This document shows positions 1 through 9,401 of a stretch of DNA of 64,000 nucleotides, one piece after another. The position numbers and the translations under genes were made by a program. How positions within the stretch are numbered: the first letter of the stretch is position 1; every line of letters starts with the position of its first letter. The stretch comes from a virus. Its lineage: Duplodnaviria > Heunggongvirae > Uroviricota > Caudoviricetes. Location of the stretch: IMG/VR virus record IMGVR_UViG_3300006899_000574. One strand, given 5' to 3'. The notes beneath the pieces are model-generated. The model did not search any database. It was not told the DNA's origin and saw only the letters and a list, made by a program, of their open reading frames with translations.

Positions 1-121
1 CCGCATGTTCGATGATCAATTCGCGCGTAACTTCGACTTCATCGCCGAATAACGTCTGAAATAATTTCAATTGGTCCTCACAGGCCTGGAGTTTTTGTAG
101 TTGTTCGTATGTGATTTTCAT
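1..121 (-). CDS. hypothetical protein, 3' end runs off the window (start ATG at 121-119 overlaps the upstream stop as ATGA)
   Basis: Hand translation of the minus strand gives MKITYEQLQKLQACEDQLKLFQTLFGDEVEVTREIIEHA...; translational coupling to the FliN-like ORF. Confidence 0.3.
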   Translation of the reverse strand, partial: MKITYEQLQKLQACEDQLKLFQTLFGDEVEVTRELIIEHA

Positions 122-489
122 TTCTGGCCCTGCGGAGATTTCCACACCATACTGAACGGCACGAGTTCGTAAATGCTCTGGTATTTAATGCGTTCGTCAG
201 GTGGAATAAGAGATGTAACCCTAACTCCGTAGTGGTCCCTGTCTGCCACGACTTCCCCCTGGGCATAGGGCATGCCGTTGAGTCGGATAAGAACTGGAGT
301 CCCTGCGGGTTGCTGTAGCATTACCAGAGATCCGTCTCCCAGAAGTTTGATTTGTTCCAGCGTGAGATCCGCTGTGCCCATCTCCACGGAGATACGGACC
401 GGCATGGCATTGAGTTGTGCGTCATTCATGGCACACAGCATGAGAAGAGACGCGGAGTTGTCAAGATTTTTCTGCGACACGTCAAGCAC
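118..489 (-). CDS. SpoA (surface presentation of antigens) domain protein, FliN / SctQ-C like
   Basis: C-terminal LTLEQIKLLGDGSLVML..PVLIRLNGMPYAQGEVVADRDHYGVRVTSLIPPDER matches the FliN/YscQ SpoA fold consensus; 123 aa. Confidence 0.65.
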   Translation of the reverse strand: MLDVSQKNLDNSASLLMLCAMNDAQLNAMPVRISVEMGTADLTLEQIKLLGDGSLVMLQQPAGTPVLIRLNGMPYAQGEVVADRDHYGVRVTSLIPPDERIKYQSIYELVPFSMVWKSPQGQK

Positions 490-652
490 GGATTCTCGTC
501 AGAACTGCGGCGCACTTCTCGGAGCACGTAAAGGTTGGACTGAGGTTTCCGCAGATCAGACACGCCCAGGGCTGGGGTCTGGTATAGGCGCGGCGGATTG
601 GATACAGGAGTCTCTTTTTGATAGGCGACTTTCTATGTCTTCAAGAAGGACG

Positions 653-1183
653 TCAAGAAAAATCTGGGAGCACGGCTCGAACGTGCCTACGATAGGCCCT
701 GCCATGTCCTCTATTCCTACCTTTGTAAGTAGACGTCAAACTATGACAATTTGGACATAAGAGGGTCAGATTGTCCTCCACATTATTTAAGTGGTTCCCA
801 TCTATATGGTCTATCTCCAGTGGAATTTTCTGTGTATATGGATTCCTTTCGGACCACCCACATCGGGAACATTTCGCATGATACTTCTCAAATAGATACC
901 TACGTATCATGGACGATACTTGAGAAGCGGTATCTGGTGCCCGGAGGCCTGTCTCATGTCCTGAGTGCCATTTACGTATATACTCGGAATATTGGTGATC
1001 AGCCTGACATTTGTTGGAGCAAAATTTAGGGTTAGCTGTGACACTGAGACACGTCGGGCAAGTTGTGGAAAATGATTTCCTTCGGGTCGGAACTTGATTG
1101 TTTACAGTGGCCGCACAAGAGTGGGAACAATAAAGTCTTTGCTTTTTGGTAAGCGCTTTGGTACAGCATTTGCACGTTGCCAT
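653..1183 (-). CDS. HNH homing endonuclease
   Basis: EIDHIDGNHLNNVEDNLTLLCPNCHSL HNH motif with flanking Cys pairs (zinc-binding). Confidence 0.75.
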   Translation of the reverse strand: MATCKCCTKALTKKQRLYCSHSCAATVNNQVPTRRKSFSTTCPTCLSVTANPKFCSNKCQADHQYSEYIRKWHSGHETGLRAPDTASQVSSMIRRYLFEKYHAKCSRCGWSERNPYTQKIPLEIDHIDGNHLNNVEDNLTLLCPNCHSLTSTYKGRNRGHGRAYRRHVRAVLPDFS

Positions 1184-1234
1184 CCTACGTTAGGAGATGA
1201 TGGGTTAGAGGAGACTACGATAAGGTAGCGTCTG

Positions 1235-1267
1235 AAAACAAAAAAGGCCGGGGTTTCAGTCCCGGCC
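1235..1267 (-). terminator. rho-independent terminator (minus strand)
   Basis: GGCCGGG-gtttcagt-CCCGGCC hairpin preceded on the plus strand by an A-run (a T-run on the minus strand). Confidence 0.55.
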
Positions 1268-1373
1268 TTCCAGAAGATCAAGTGCAGATCGCTCTACATT
1301 GCTTCTCCGGGAAGGCGTGCGGTATCCTCGGCATTCGCCGTATTCTGGAACTGAGCAGTGCGGTCCCGGTGCA

Positions 1374-1643
1374 TCATGTGTCATTAGTAGAGTTGCTGTG
1401 CGCCATGTCAACTCCGATTTCTCTGTTTTCGTATTCGTACTTCTTCAGATAAAAAACCATATCCGTTGGCGCGAGCATGGGCTGGGGCTGGATGTCTTCT
1501 TGTGTGGGCGCGGGGTAATCGGGCTTCCACAAGTCGGGGTCAGTCGGGTAGTCCTGCACTCTGACGTATGCTTCTCGATAGACCTTACCGCGCTTGCGAT
1601 GCAGATACAGGCCATTCTTGACTTCAAGCCGGGGGCCCGGCAC
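1374..1643 (-). CDS. hypothetical protein
   Basis: 89-aa ORF, minus-strand operon context. Confidence 0.3.
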   Translation of the reverse strand: MPGPRLEVKNGLYLHRKRGKVYREAYVRVQDYPTDPDLWKPDYPAPTQEDIQPQPMLAPTDMVFYLKKYEYENREIGVDMAHSNSTNDT

Positions 1644-1690
1644 GCGTGCGACTGAGAACTGTGCTTCCCCCTCTGGCCACAGTGGTTCGT

Positions 1691-1882
1691 CTACGGGAAC
1701 GAAGTCTTTTCTGTGAGTGTGACGGGGATCTTCGCAAGGGCGGCAGTGATGGCCGCAAGACAGCCGCCGCAGTATTCTACGTTGCCTTCATAGGTGCCTG
1801 CGGGAGGCTTGTAACCGCTGTAGGACAGCAGTGCGGTATAGGGTTTGCCGCAGTGCTTACAGTTGCATTTCGCCAGTCTCAT
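1691..1882 (-). CDS. small zinc-ribbon protein (start trimmed to MRLAKC)
   Basis: CNCKHCGKPY ... CGGC four-Cys arrangement. Confidence 0.35.
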   Translation of the reverse strand: MRLAKCNCKHCGKPYTALLSYSGYKPPAGTYEGNVEYCGGCLAAITAALAKIPVTLTEKTSFP

Positions 1883-1886
1883 GCTC

Positions 1887-2336
1887 TTACCTCCGGAGGA
1901 TGCGCCACCACTTCTGCAGTGGTCGCCACCAGGGCTCTGCCGGTGCAACCGGAGGCGGGAATTTTGTGTCCGCCTCTCGGACTATGCTTTCAGCCGTCAG
2001 GCGCTGAAGCGTCTCCCTCTGTCTTGCCTCTTCTCTGGCGTCGTATAGGAGTTCCTCCAGAGTCGACATCAACTCGCGCTCTGCCCTGCAGTTGATCTCC
2101 ACTACGGAGTCAAAGAGGGCCTTGAGTCTCTTGTCTTCCGTCAGTCCAAGAATACGCAGGGCCTCATATACATCGGCACCCCACTCTGTGATGACTTCGC
2201 TGAGGTGTTCACACAACGGACTTTGTATGCTGGACTGGATTCTGCTGTAAATCAGATGTATTTCGTGGGCGGACAGAGCGCGCGCTTTCCGCTCGCTGGA
2301 TTTCCGCTTGCTGGTCTTCTTCTTGTTGGTCTTCAT
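1887..2336 (-). CDS. hypothetical protein
   Basis: 149-aa ORF; its start codon overlaps the stop of the phosphoesterase gene (ATGA). Confidence 0.45.
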   Translation of the reverse strand: MKTNKKKTSKRKSSERKARALSAHEIHLIYSRIQSSIQSPLCEHLSEVITEWGADVYEALRILGLTEDKRLKALFDSVVEINCRAERELMSTLEELLYDAREEARQRETLQRLTAESIVREADTKFPPPVAPAEPWWRPLQKWWRILRR

Positions 2337-2923
2337 TCGTCGCCCTCGTATGTGTGATGGTCATGAGTTGTGATGATCCGTGTCGCCATGACTTTTACTA
2401 CGTGCTCCAGATTCACGGGATACAGACTGTGGCAGTCAACGCCGACGTCCATGACCTTGCGCAGGTAGTAGTCACCTTTCAGCGTGCCATGGCTGTGTCC
2501 GTGGAGACAGATGGCGCCACGATGATGCTTGTTCCACACCAGCATCGGAAAATGACAGACCTCAAACTCATGGCCCAGGGCTTTGAACCACATGAGATTC
2601 TCATTTCGCTGGAACAGCTTCCTGTAGCCGCGCTTGCGGTCGTGATTGCCCGTCACGAGAATCTTCTGGCCCTTCAGCCTCTTGAAGATTTCCTTACTGC
2701 GTTCTTCGTTGTGAAAGCTGAAGTCACCGACGTGATACACGGTGTCACGCTCTCCGACGCAGGAGTTGTAGCGGCCAATGATGTCGTCGTCATGTGCCGC
2801 AAGCGCCTGGCGGAGTTCATCTTCTCCCCAGGTATCGCCGGGTTCCAGGGCACGGAGATAGCCACGCAGGACCGCCATCTTCTTGTGGCCGAAGTGCTGA
2901 TCAGAAGTTGCCCAGATATTCAT
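2333..2923 (-). CDS. calcineurin-like metallophosphoesterase
   Basis: SDQHFGH (DxHxG), VTGNHDR (GNHD) and HGHSHG (GHxH) motifs. Confidence 0.7.
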   Translation of the reverse strand: MNIWATSDQHFGHKKMAVLRGYLRALEPGDTWGEDELRQALAAHDDDIIGRYNSCVGERDTVYHVGDFSFHNEERSKEIFKRLKGQKILVTGNHDRKRGYRKLFQRNENLMWFKALGHEFEVCHFPMLVWNKHHRGAICLHGHSHGTLKGDYYLRKVMDVGVDCHSLYPVNLEHVVKVMATRIITTHDHHTYEGDE

Positions 2924-2968
2924 ACTGCGGAAATCTCTCCTATCGAAATCAGCCCGGCGCCGATGCGT

Positions 2969-3226
2969 TCAGACCTGACACAGCCTGTGCGGGGGAAACT
3001 GCATGAAGAATACATACCGCCAGACGCCGCAGAGTTCGTCAAGTCTATGTCCACGATCTAACAAAAATCTTCTGCACATCTCTACTACTAGAGGCTCTTC
3101 CAGCGGCTCCAGTAGAAGGCTCCCATCGTGGCCGATAGTAGATTTGGGGGTGAAGTAACGGAACTGCCGCACGACCTGCGATTCCGGGAAGCAGAAATAC
3201 GTGTATTCTGACAAGGGCGTGATCAT
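2969..3226 (-). CDS. hypothetical protein (start at internal MITPL, ATGA overlap)
   Basis: ORF; coupling geometry with the upstream gene. Confidence 0.3.
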   Translation of the reverse strand: MITPLSEYTYFCFPESQVVRQFRYFTPKSTIGHDGSLLLEPLEEPLVVEMCRRFLLDRGHRLDELCGVWRYVFFMQFPPHRLCQV

Positions 3227-3693
3227 CTTCTGCCTTCGTGCTGGTCCAGCACCTGCCTGGCAAGGTCTCGCTGTTCCTCGCAATAGGCGATGTAGGATTG
3301 CAAAACGTCAGACGTGATGGGCGTGAGGCTTTTCATCTTCACATCGAGACGCTCTACCCCGGACTCGCGCAGAGCGCAGAAGGCTCCAATGCGTGAGTGC
3401 AGGACCATGACGTTATGTTGTTTTTGCAAGTCGTCGCGGTTGAGTTCGGAGTTGTAATCGTATATCTGTTTTTTGACCTGGTTCCAGATCGCACGAAGTG
3501 TCCAGTGTTTTGTGAGGTCGATTTTCACATAAATGCTACCGCACAGCGGTTCGTGATCCATGTTGGTTGCGCCGCTCCACAGAACAGCGGTCTTCTCCCG
3601 CTTGCTGATCTTGAACCCCATCCAGCGCAGGATGAGTGTTATCTCCTCTTGAGACGTGCGGCCGGCTATCTTGATAAGCTGTTTCATTGTCAT
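3223..3693 (-). CDS. hypothetical protein (start at MTMKQ, ATGA overlap with the AAA gene stop)
   Basis: ORF plus coupling geometry. Confidence 0.4.
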   Translation of the reverse strand: MTMKQLIKIAGRTSQEEITLILRWMGFKISKREKTAVLWSGATNMDHEPLCGSIYVKIDLTKHWTLRAIWNQVKKQIYDYNSELNRDDLQKQHNVMVLHSRIGAFCALRESGVERLDVKMKSLTPITSDVLQSYIAYCEEQRDLARQVLDQHEGRR

Positions 3694-5009
3694 GTCTTGA
3701 TTTTCTCCCACAGCAGTTGTTGCGCCACGTCTCGACACATCTCCTGGAACTCCGCCCCCGACATCCCTTCGCCTTTACTGATAAGATCCTCAAACCAGGT
3801 CTGATGCTCGTCTCCAAGAATTTTCCTTACGATAACCATGCGACCTTCGCGAGACGGAAGAGGGAAGTCGAGCACACGATCAATGCGGCCCGGACGTATC
3901 AAGGCGGGGTCGATGGCAGACTCGTCATTCGTTGTCATCATGGTCAGCACTCCATGCCGTGCTCGGGCTCCATCCAGCACATTCAGCAGGCAGTCGAATG
4001 TAATGGGATTCAGGTCTCCACGGGCCTGCGTATTGACCCTGCCATGGAAGATGTTATCGATGTCTTCAAAAACTGCTACGATTGTCTGGTCTGATGTATA
4101 ACGCTCCCATAGCAAGACCAGATCCGCATTTGTCATAGAACCTAAATCAAATACGATGAGAGGCAACTGCAATGTCTGAGCCAGTGCCCGAATGAAACTT
4201 GTCTTGCCATTCCCGGGTGCGCCCTTCAATAGAAAACCGCGCTTCCAGGGGATGTCGCGAGCCGCATACCAGTCACGGTGGGCGAACCAGAATTTCACTT
4301 CCTCGATCGCCGTTCGCATATCATCTGTCATCGCCAGACTGCACTCAATGGTAAGTCGGTTCTGATCTGCTGGCTGAACGTCCTCGCGGCGATAAGTTAC
4401 AGGAAACAATGTGTTTCCATCGGCGGTAGTGTCTTCCGGTTCTTGGGAGTCAGGCGATTTTGAACCTTTAGTAGAAGGGGAGTTAGCACGTCCTAGCGGA
4501 ACGTTCAGATTCCCGCCTCCAAGACTACCTGTGACTGTGCGTGTCGTGAACCGGCTGATAGCCATATCAGCACTGTCCAGATCCTCCTGAATCTCCCGGA
4601 GCATGCGATGCACGCCAAATCTCAGGGGTCGAAAATAGTACAGACGCGTATGCCCATAATCTCCGTCCGCCAACACGGAAAAAATCCAGGGCGCGCGCCG
4701 AGACAGATGTAACACCGGTAAGTACGTGGTTCTTAGATGATACAAGAATGCACTCACCAGTTTCTGCGTGGGCTTGTAAAACACGCGCCTGGTAAAAACT
4801 CTTGGAGGACTCAAGGAGAATCGGTAGGACGTCGCGCAGAGATACCGGAGAATAGCATTTGCGTCTCCTGAAACCTGCATCTCGGCGATGACAATTGCTA
4901 CTACTTTGCCTGCCCACAGGAGCATCTTCTCCCTGGCGGCGACCATCACAGTCAGTATGCCTCCAAGCCCCGCAGTTGCGGCGAGCGTTGAAAAATCAAT
5001 CGGTCCCAT
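3690..5009 (-). CDS. AAA+ ATPase with N-terminal transmembrane segments (BCS1-like architecture)
   Basis: Walker A GAPGNGKTS, Walker B VFEDID, second region of homology PALIRPGRIDR; hydrophobic N-terminus. Confidence 0.8.
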   Translation of the reverse strand: MGPIDFSTLAATAGLGGILTVMVAAREKMLLWAGKVVAIVIAEMQVSGDANAILRYLCATSYRFSLSPPRVFTRRVFYKPTQKLVSAFLYHLRTTYLPVLHLSRRAPWIFSVLADGDYGHTRLYYFRPLRFGVHRMLREIQEDLDSADMAISRFTTRTVTGSLGGGNLNVPLGRANSPSTKGSKSPDSQEPEDTTADGNTLFPVTYRREDVQPADQNRLTIECSLAMTDDMRTAIEEVKFWFAHRDWYAARDIPWKRGFLLKGAPGNGKTSFIRALAQTLQLPLIVFDLGSMTNADLVLLWERYTSDQTIVAVFEDIDNIFHGRVNTQARGDLNPITFDCLLNVLDGARARHGVLTMMTTNDESAIDPALIRPGRIDRVLDFPLPSREGRMVIVRKILGDEHQTWFEDLISKGEGMSGAEFQEMCRDVAQQLLWEKIKT

Positions 5010-5226
5010 TTATCTCTCCTGTTGTCAAAATACTCAGTGCTTGCTGTGCGTCGCCGTCAGACGCAAACCACGCCTGTAGGATGTCGATCTCCGGTCTCCC
5101 GGTCTGCTCCTTGAGTCTGTGGATACTTGCGTTGGCGCGGTTGACGGCCTCGTGATAAGCATTGCGCTGGTCCTCTGCAACGCGACGTCGAAGCCAGTGT
5201 TCGGCTTGTTCGTAGATATCAGTCAT
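4996..5226 (-). CDS. hypothetical protein
   Basis: 76-aa ORF. Confidence 0.3.
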   Translation of the reverse strand: MTDIYEQAEHWLRRRVAEDQRNAYHEAVNRANASIHRLKEQTGRPEIDILQAWFASDGDAQQALSILTTGEINGTD

Positions 5227-5492
5227 GACTCGCGCTGGGTTCCAGCGTCAGCGCAATCCTGGTGCGTACGGAATTTTGCCACACCCAGGCATACCATTGC
5301 CCGTTCTCCAGCCAGATGATCTTCTGGACCCCCGGCTGATCCCAGGCCGCCCTTACGGAATCCGGAAGTGATACGCGGTGTCCACATCCGCCGCAAAACT
5401 GCGTAGCCCCGCTCCTGCCAGACCAGCGAGAGCTTCTCGTAGGTCTCAAGTCTGGCTTCTTGTTGTTGAATAAAGAACGGTGAAAGGCTCAT
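5223..5492 (-). CDS. hypothetical protein (start at MSLSPFF, ATGA overlap with the ThyX stop)
   Basis: ORF plus coupling. Confidence 0.35.
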   Translation of the reverse strand: MSLSPFFIQQQEARLETYEKLSLVWQERGYAVLRRMWTPRITSGFRKGGLGSAGGPEDHLAGERAMVCLGVAKFRTHQDCADAGTQRES

Positions 5493-7393
5493 GATTTTTT
5501 CTCCAGAATCTTCCTGAATTGTACTACCCCAGCAGGTAGATTGCCTGACATCCATGGGTCAAGAACAATTTTCTTGTCAACTCCCCAGTCGCTACGCGGG
5601 GCCAGCCAGAACGCCAGGTCGGGATGCATGACCTGCATTTCAGCCGGTGAGTTCCCTGACACACAAGTTTTTCCATTTCTACGAACAATGAGTAACCCAG
5701 TCGAAACTGTGGCACAGTAGACCTCTCCTGTATATTTGATCTTAGAGAAGTTCTTACGTAGATGTCTGGAGTCGTTGAGGATCGACGAGGGCCTACGGCA
5801 CAGATTTAAGGAGAACACGGGTTGGGACTTGTGTGAACGTCGGTGTCGGTTCCCTTGTCGTAACGAAAAATTGTATCCATGTAGTGCCCCCAAGGTTTGG
5901 ATCTGATCTGCTAGTTTCGGACTAGTAGTCGCATACGTCCAAGTGTGCCTTTTGATGCTTCCGTCGGAATTTTTCAAGCCGTCCATCAGTGCGTGAACAA
6001 ACTCTGGAGAAGACTCATATATCCCATCAGGGAGACATTTTTGCCGATTGATATCATATAGCAAAGTATGGAATTCCTTAGCGAGACCGTCTCTCGCAAC
6101 CCAATAGGTGTTGTAATGCGGTTTTTCTACTAACTCAAAATTCAGGGTCTTACATATTGCGCGCAGATACGCAATTTTGCGAGGTTTCTTCAAATGGAAA
6201 GTTAACCTGCGGCCTCCGTGTTGCCCTATATCACGGGGGACACTCCCATCTCCAAGAAAAAATCCAACCAGTTTACCGAACTGGGGGTCGTCCTCGCTCC
6301 ACATCAAACAGTCTACATAGTTTGCTTTGGACGTAAGCGCGCAGTTGAGCATTTTTAAAGGAGAGGCCACGACTACTTCAAAAGGCGATTTTGCTACCCT
6401 TTCATTTGCAGGCCTGAGAGAGAAAACCTGACTCCCCCAAGGTTTTGAGGCATAGATCTGATGAGAGGGAGTGATCATCAAATTAAACCGGTGCGAAACT
6501 ATATGATACATCTCTTCATTGATCAGGCTATAGGACAGGAGTTGAGCTGGCCGTTCGAACCCCTGAAATTTTGAATCCCGAGGGTCCACGGTAGCTAAAC
6601 TATCATTTGTCTGAACGTTAGGCCACTTGATGAACCCTCTAGTTGTAAGCACCTCTGTCTCCGCGTCATAACAGGCGTGGATCGGCTGACTGCCGACGAG
6701 CTTCTGGTAGGTCCAGAGGTCATCTGCTATGGTGCTGGGCTTGTTGTTGCGCAGATACGAAACCCTCGCACAGCGTGCCACTGATGTCCGGATGTCTTGC
6801 AGGATCTCCGGTACGTTCTTTTCTACATACAATCTGTACGCATGCGTACGGCGGTCATCCACGTAGGGCAGGTGGATTTCGCGACGTGTCGGCGTGCTTA
6901 CGGCGAACGCATCGGCCATCTTCCGGGCCAATATCTGCATGTCGTGCTGGGCATCGCCATGGAGTCTGAGGTTGAAGAAGTTCTGTAACCCCGGAAGGCC
7001 AGTCGTCATTACAACTCTGACGTAGAGAAAGGGCTCCAGGAGCCTGTTGCAGATTTCCTTGTGGACCCCGAGTGCGTGCAGACATCCGGCGAACATCTTC
7101 GCACAACGCATGGCGGCTTTCCATGTCAGCCTGGCGACGGCATCCCGCCAGCCCGTCATATCAGCCCGAGGTTGCATGCCGGGGCCATTGACGGGGAACT
7201 CCGCCGGCACGTAGCAACAGCTCAATAGCAGAGTCTTGTGTGGCACTGCACGAGATGACGCCGCCGAGCGCGAGAACGTTCTGTGCGTATTGAGTTGCGC
7301 CAATAGGAAGCGCGGGAAGCACAGCTCGAACGTCAGAACGCGGACGCCATTGATGCTGGAGTCCAGGATGAGCTTTGCAGACGTCACGTTCAT
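5489..7393 (-). CDS. thyX: flavin-dependent thymidylate synthase ThyX, interrupted by an intein
   Basis: N-extein FELCFPRFLLAQLNTHRTFSRSAASSRA and NFFNLRLHGDAQHD align to the ThyX core (T. maritima [29 protein letters not shown] / NFLNLRADSHAQWE); the intein is described in the next feature. Confidence 0.6.
   Translation of the reverse strand: MNVTSAKLILDSSINGVRVLTFELCFPRFLLAQLNTHRTFSRSAASSRAVPHKTLLLSCCYVPAEFPVNGPGMQPRADMTGWRDAVARLTWKAAMRCAKMFAGCLHALGVHKEICNRLLEPFLYVRVVMTTGLPGLQNFFNLRLHGDAQHDMQILARKMADAFAVSTPTRREIHLPYVDDRRTHAYRLYVEKNVPEILQDIRTSVARCARVSYLRNNKPSTIADDLWTYQKLVGSQPIHACYDAETEVLTTRGFIKWPNVQTNDSLATVDPRDSKFQGFERPAQLLSYSLINEEMYHIVSHRFNLMITPSHQIYASKPWGSQVFSLRPANERVAKSPFEVVVASPLKMLNCALTSKANYVDCLMWSEDDPQFGKLVGFFLGDGSVPRDIGQHGGRRLTFHLKKPRKIAYLRAICKTLNFELVEKPHYNTYWVARDGLAKEFHTLLYDINRQKCLPDGIYESSPEFVHALMDGLKNSDGSIKRHTWTYATTSPKLADQIQTLGALHGYNFSLRQGNRHRRSHKSQPVFSLNLCRRPSSILNDSRHLRKNFSKIKYTGEVYCATVSTGLLIVRRNGKTCVSGNSPAEMQVMHPDLAFWLAPRSDWGVDKKIVLDPWMSGNLPAGVVQFRKILEKKS
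5651..6673 (-). mobile_element. intein with LAGLIDADG homing endonuclease inside thyX (about residues 241-581)
   Basis: Block A CYDAETEVLTTRG, block B TPSH, two LAGLIDADG motifs (LVGFFLGDGSV, HALMDGLKNSDGSI), block F/G VYCATVSTGLLIVRRNGKTCVSGN followed by Ser. Confidence 0.55.
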
Positions 7394-7605
7394 CTTGCCT
7401 CCTTCTGCGCCAGCGCCGCTATTACTTTTTCTTTTAACGGTTGGAATCTTATATCCTGTTTATTCAGGATGTAGTTCTCATGATGAGACTCGCCGTCAAA
7501 ATGAGGCGTGTCATGGATTTTGTGCATCTTCTTCAGATACGTCCGTAACCGCGCTTCAGACATACGGGAAATCTCGACATCAGTAACAATACGCACGGTC
7601 TTCAT
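7390..7605 (-). CDS. hypothetical protein
   Basis: 71-aa ORF, ATGA coupling on both sides. Confidence 0.4.
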   Translation of the reverse strand: MKTVRIVTDVEISRMSEARLRTYLKKMHKIHDTPHFDGESHHENYILNKQDIRFQPLKEKVIAALAQKEAR

Positions 7606-7973
7606 CTTGATATCTCTACGGCGGCTCGATAGGCCTCAGCGATTTCACGCAGACTGTAGATATCCAGTGGGTTTTCTTCCTGTGCTCCTCTTGCAGTCAA
7701 CATCCTCGGTCTGACGATCTGTTCGATGGCTTCCGTAGTAGGAAGTATCTCAAAGCCCTCGCCCCAGGTTTCGTCGTTGATGTCATCCAGTTCGACGAAG
7801 TTAAACTCATACTTGAACGCCTTCCAGGCGAGATCGGAACTGCTCTCCCATTGCGGCCACTCGTCGTCTTTGCTGACGAACTGCTCGTAAGTGATGGGCG
7901 GCGTGATTACAGGCAAGTCTTTCAGTTTGACGACTCTGCCCTTGAACTTGTCTTCATATGTATTGTAAGTCAT
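7602..7973 (-). CDS. hypothetical protein
   Basis: 123-aa ORF, coupled. Confidence 0.45.
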   Translation of the reverse strand: MTYNTYEDKFKGRVVKLKDLPVITPPITYEQFVSKDDEWPQWESSSDLAWKAFKYEFNFVELDDINDETWGEGFEILPTTEAIEQIVRPRMLTARGAQEENPLDIYSLREIAEAYRAAVEISR

Positions 7974-8461
7974 GCTGGTTTGTCCGTGGATTTCTCCTCT
8001 GAAGTCCGCAGAGCCGGCCAGGGGTATCGTTTATCATTTCCAAGTTCGTCTAACGCCGCTTGTAAGGCGTCGCGCCGGGCAAAATATATCTCTGTGTTTG
8101 TCCGATTCTTAGAATAGCCGCAACATATGTAAGTTTCTCCTACATGATTCAGGTTTAAGTAGTAAGGGTAAGGCACACGGTCGAGATTAGGCGGGTTCAG
8201 CTTATCTGCGTAGTAGCGAATAATCGCCCACGCGATGGCATGCTTGCTGGCCCAGATAACTTGCGCTCGGGTTGTATAGGCCCAGCGCAGGCCGAGTTGC
8301 GGCCCTGTATAGCCGAGACTCGGGTCCAAAAGAAAGCCCGGCACATACCCGGGTGCCCCCCAGGGTAACTCCAGTGCGGGGCTCTTCATCATCAGCCGCT
8401 GGAGTTCCTCCTGTATGTCTTGCAATTGTTTCTGAAGCTCTGCGATTCGTGTTGAGTCCAT
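7970..8461 (-). CDS. hypothetical protein
   Basis: 163-aa ORF. Confidence 0.45.
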   Translation of the reverse strand: MDSTRIAELQKQLQDIQEELQRLMMKSPALELPWGAPGYVPGFLLDPSLGYTGPQLGLRWAYTTRAQVIWASKHAIAWAIIRYYADKLNPPNLDRVPYPYYLNLNHVGETYICCGYSKNRTNTEIYFARRDALQAALDELGNDKRYPWPALRTSEEKSTDKPA

Positions 8462-8464
8462 CTT

Positions 8465-9346
8465 TTACTCCTCGATGACATGCTTGCCGTAGAGCGCAAT
8501 CAAAATCTCCCACCACTTGCGCTTCCACAACGGAAGCCTTTCGCCCACGTGTGTGGCGATCTCTTTGATCTCTCTGGCAGAGAAGAGGTAGAAAACGGTC
8601 GTAGGTTGTTGCACGGGCTCCGAGTGCTCTTGCAGGATGAGTCTCCAGGGATGTATACCGGACTCCACCAGGCCCCGGTATGGCCCTCCTGTGATTACCA
8701 GTTGTCGGAACGTGCGGTGAGCGGGCGGTGGATCTATTTTGACAGGCTGGACTTCCACCCAGGCGTGAGCAAGCAGTTGCGTCGGGTAACTCGTGCGAAC
8801 AATGCGTAATACGTTTTCCGCAGTCACATTACCTTCGGGGGTGACTTTTGATACCGACTCCTGGTGATACTTGCGCTGGTTTTCCAGCAGGGTTTGTGCA
8901 ATGCGCTGTCTTTCGGCTTGACGCTCTGCGCGCCTGCGCTCCTCGTCCTGCCGACGTTCTGCGGACATCGGGACAACAGTGCCCTGGCGTGAGAGCAGGT
9001 GGAAATCCGGTAGTCCGAAACCAAAATTGCCGTCGTTATCCAACTCGACGAATTGATCATCGACGGAAGTCGCAAAGTTTCCGATAAACTCGGGTGTGAT
9101 ATCCGAGTGCTGGAGGGACTCCGTTGGCCAGTAATAGTAGAAACCTCCGATCTCGAATTCAATTTCTTCGGCTGTCTCCGCAGAGGTATCCCAGTGGACA
9201 CTGACCTCGTGGTCTTTGACTGTACGCAGACACAAGCCGTCGCTGTCAATATTGAAAGCCACTCCATTGATCACGCCGGCGTTAATACTGCCGCGCTTGA
9301 TGGCGCCAAAGATGCGCTTACTCGGGTAGTTGATGTCGTCTGGCAT
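8465..9346 (-). CDS. hypothetical protein
   Basis: 293-aa ORF. Confidence 0.5.
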   Translation of the reverse strand: MPDDINYPSKRIFGAIKRGSINAGVINGVAFNIDSDGLCLRTVKDHEVSVHWDTSAETAEEIEFEIGGFYYYWPTESLQHSDITPEFIGNFATSVDDQFVELDNDGNFGFGLPDFHLLSRQGTVVPMSAERRQDEERRRAERQAERQRIAQTLLENQRKYHQESVSKVTPEGNVTAENVLRIVRTSYPTQLLAHAWVEVQPVKIDPPPAHRTFRQLVITGGPYRGLVESGIHPWRLILQEHSEPVQQPTTVFYLFSAREIKEIATHVGERLPLWKRKWWEILIALYGKHVIEE

Positions 9347-9401
9347 GTCGTCCTCCGGGCGAGCGAGGCTTCAGCGTTTCCCGAAGCCCCACTCTGTGTT
9401 C

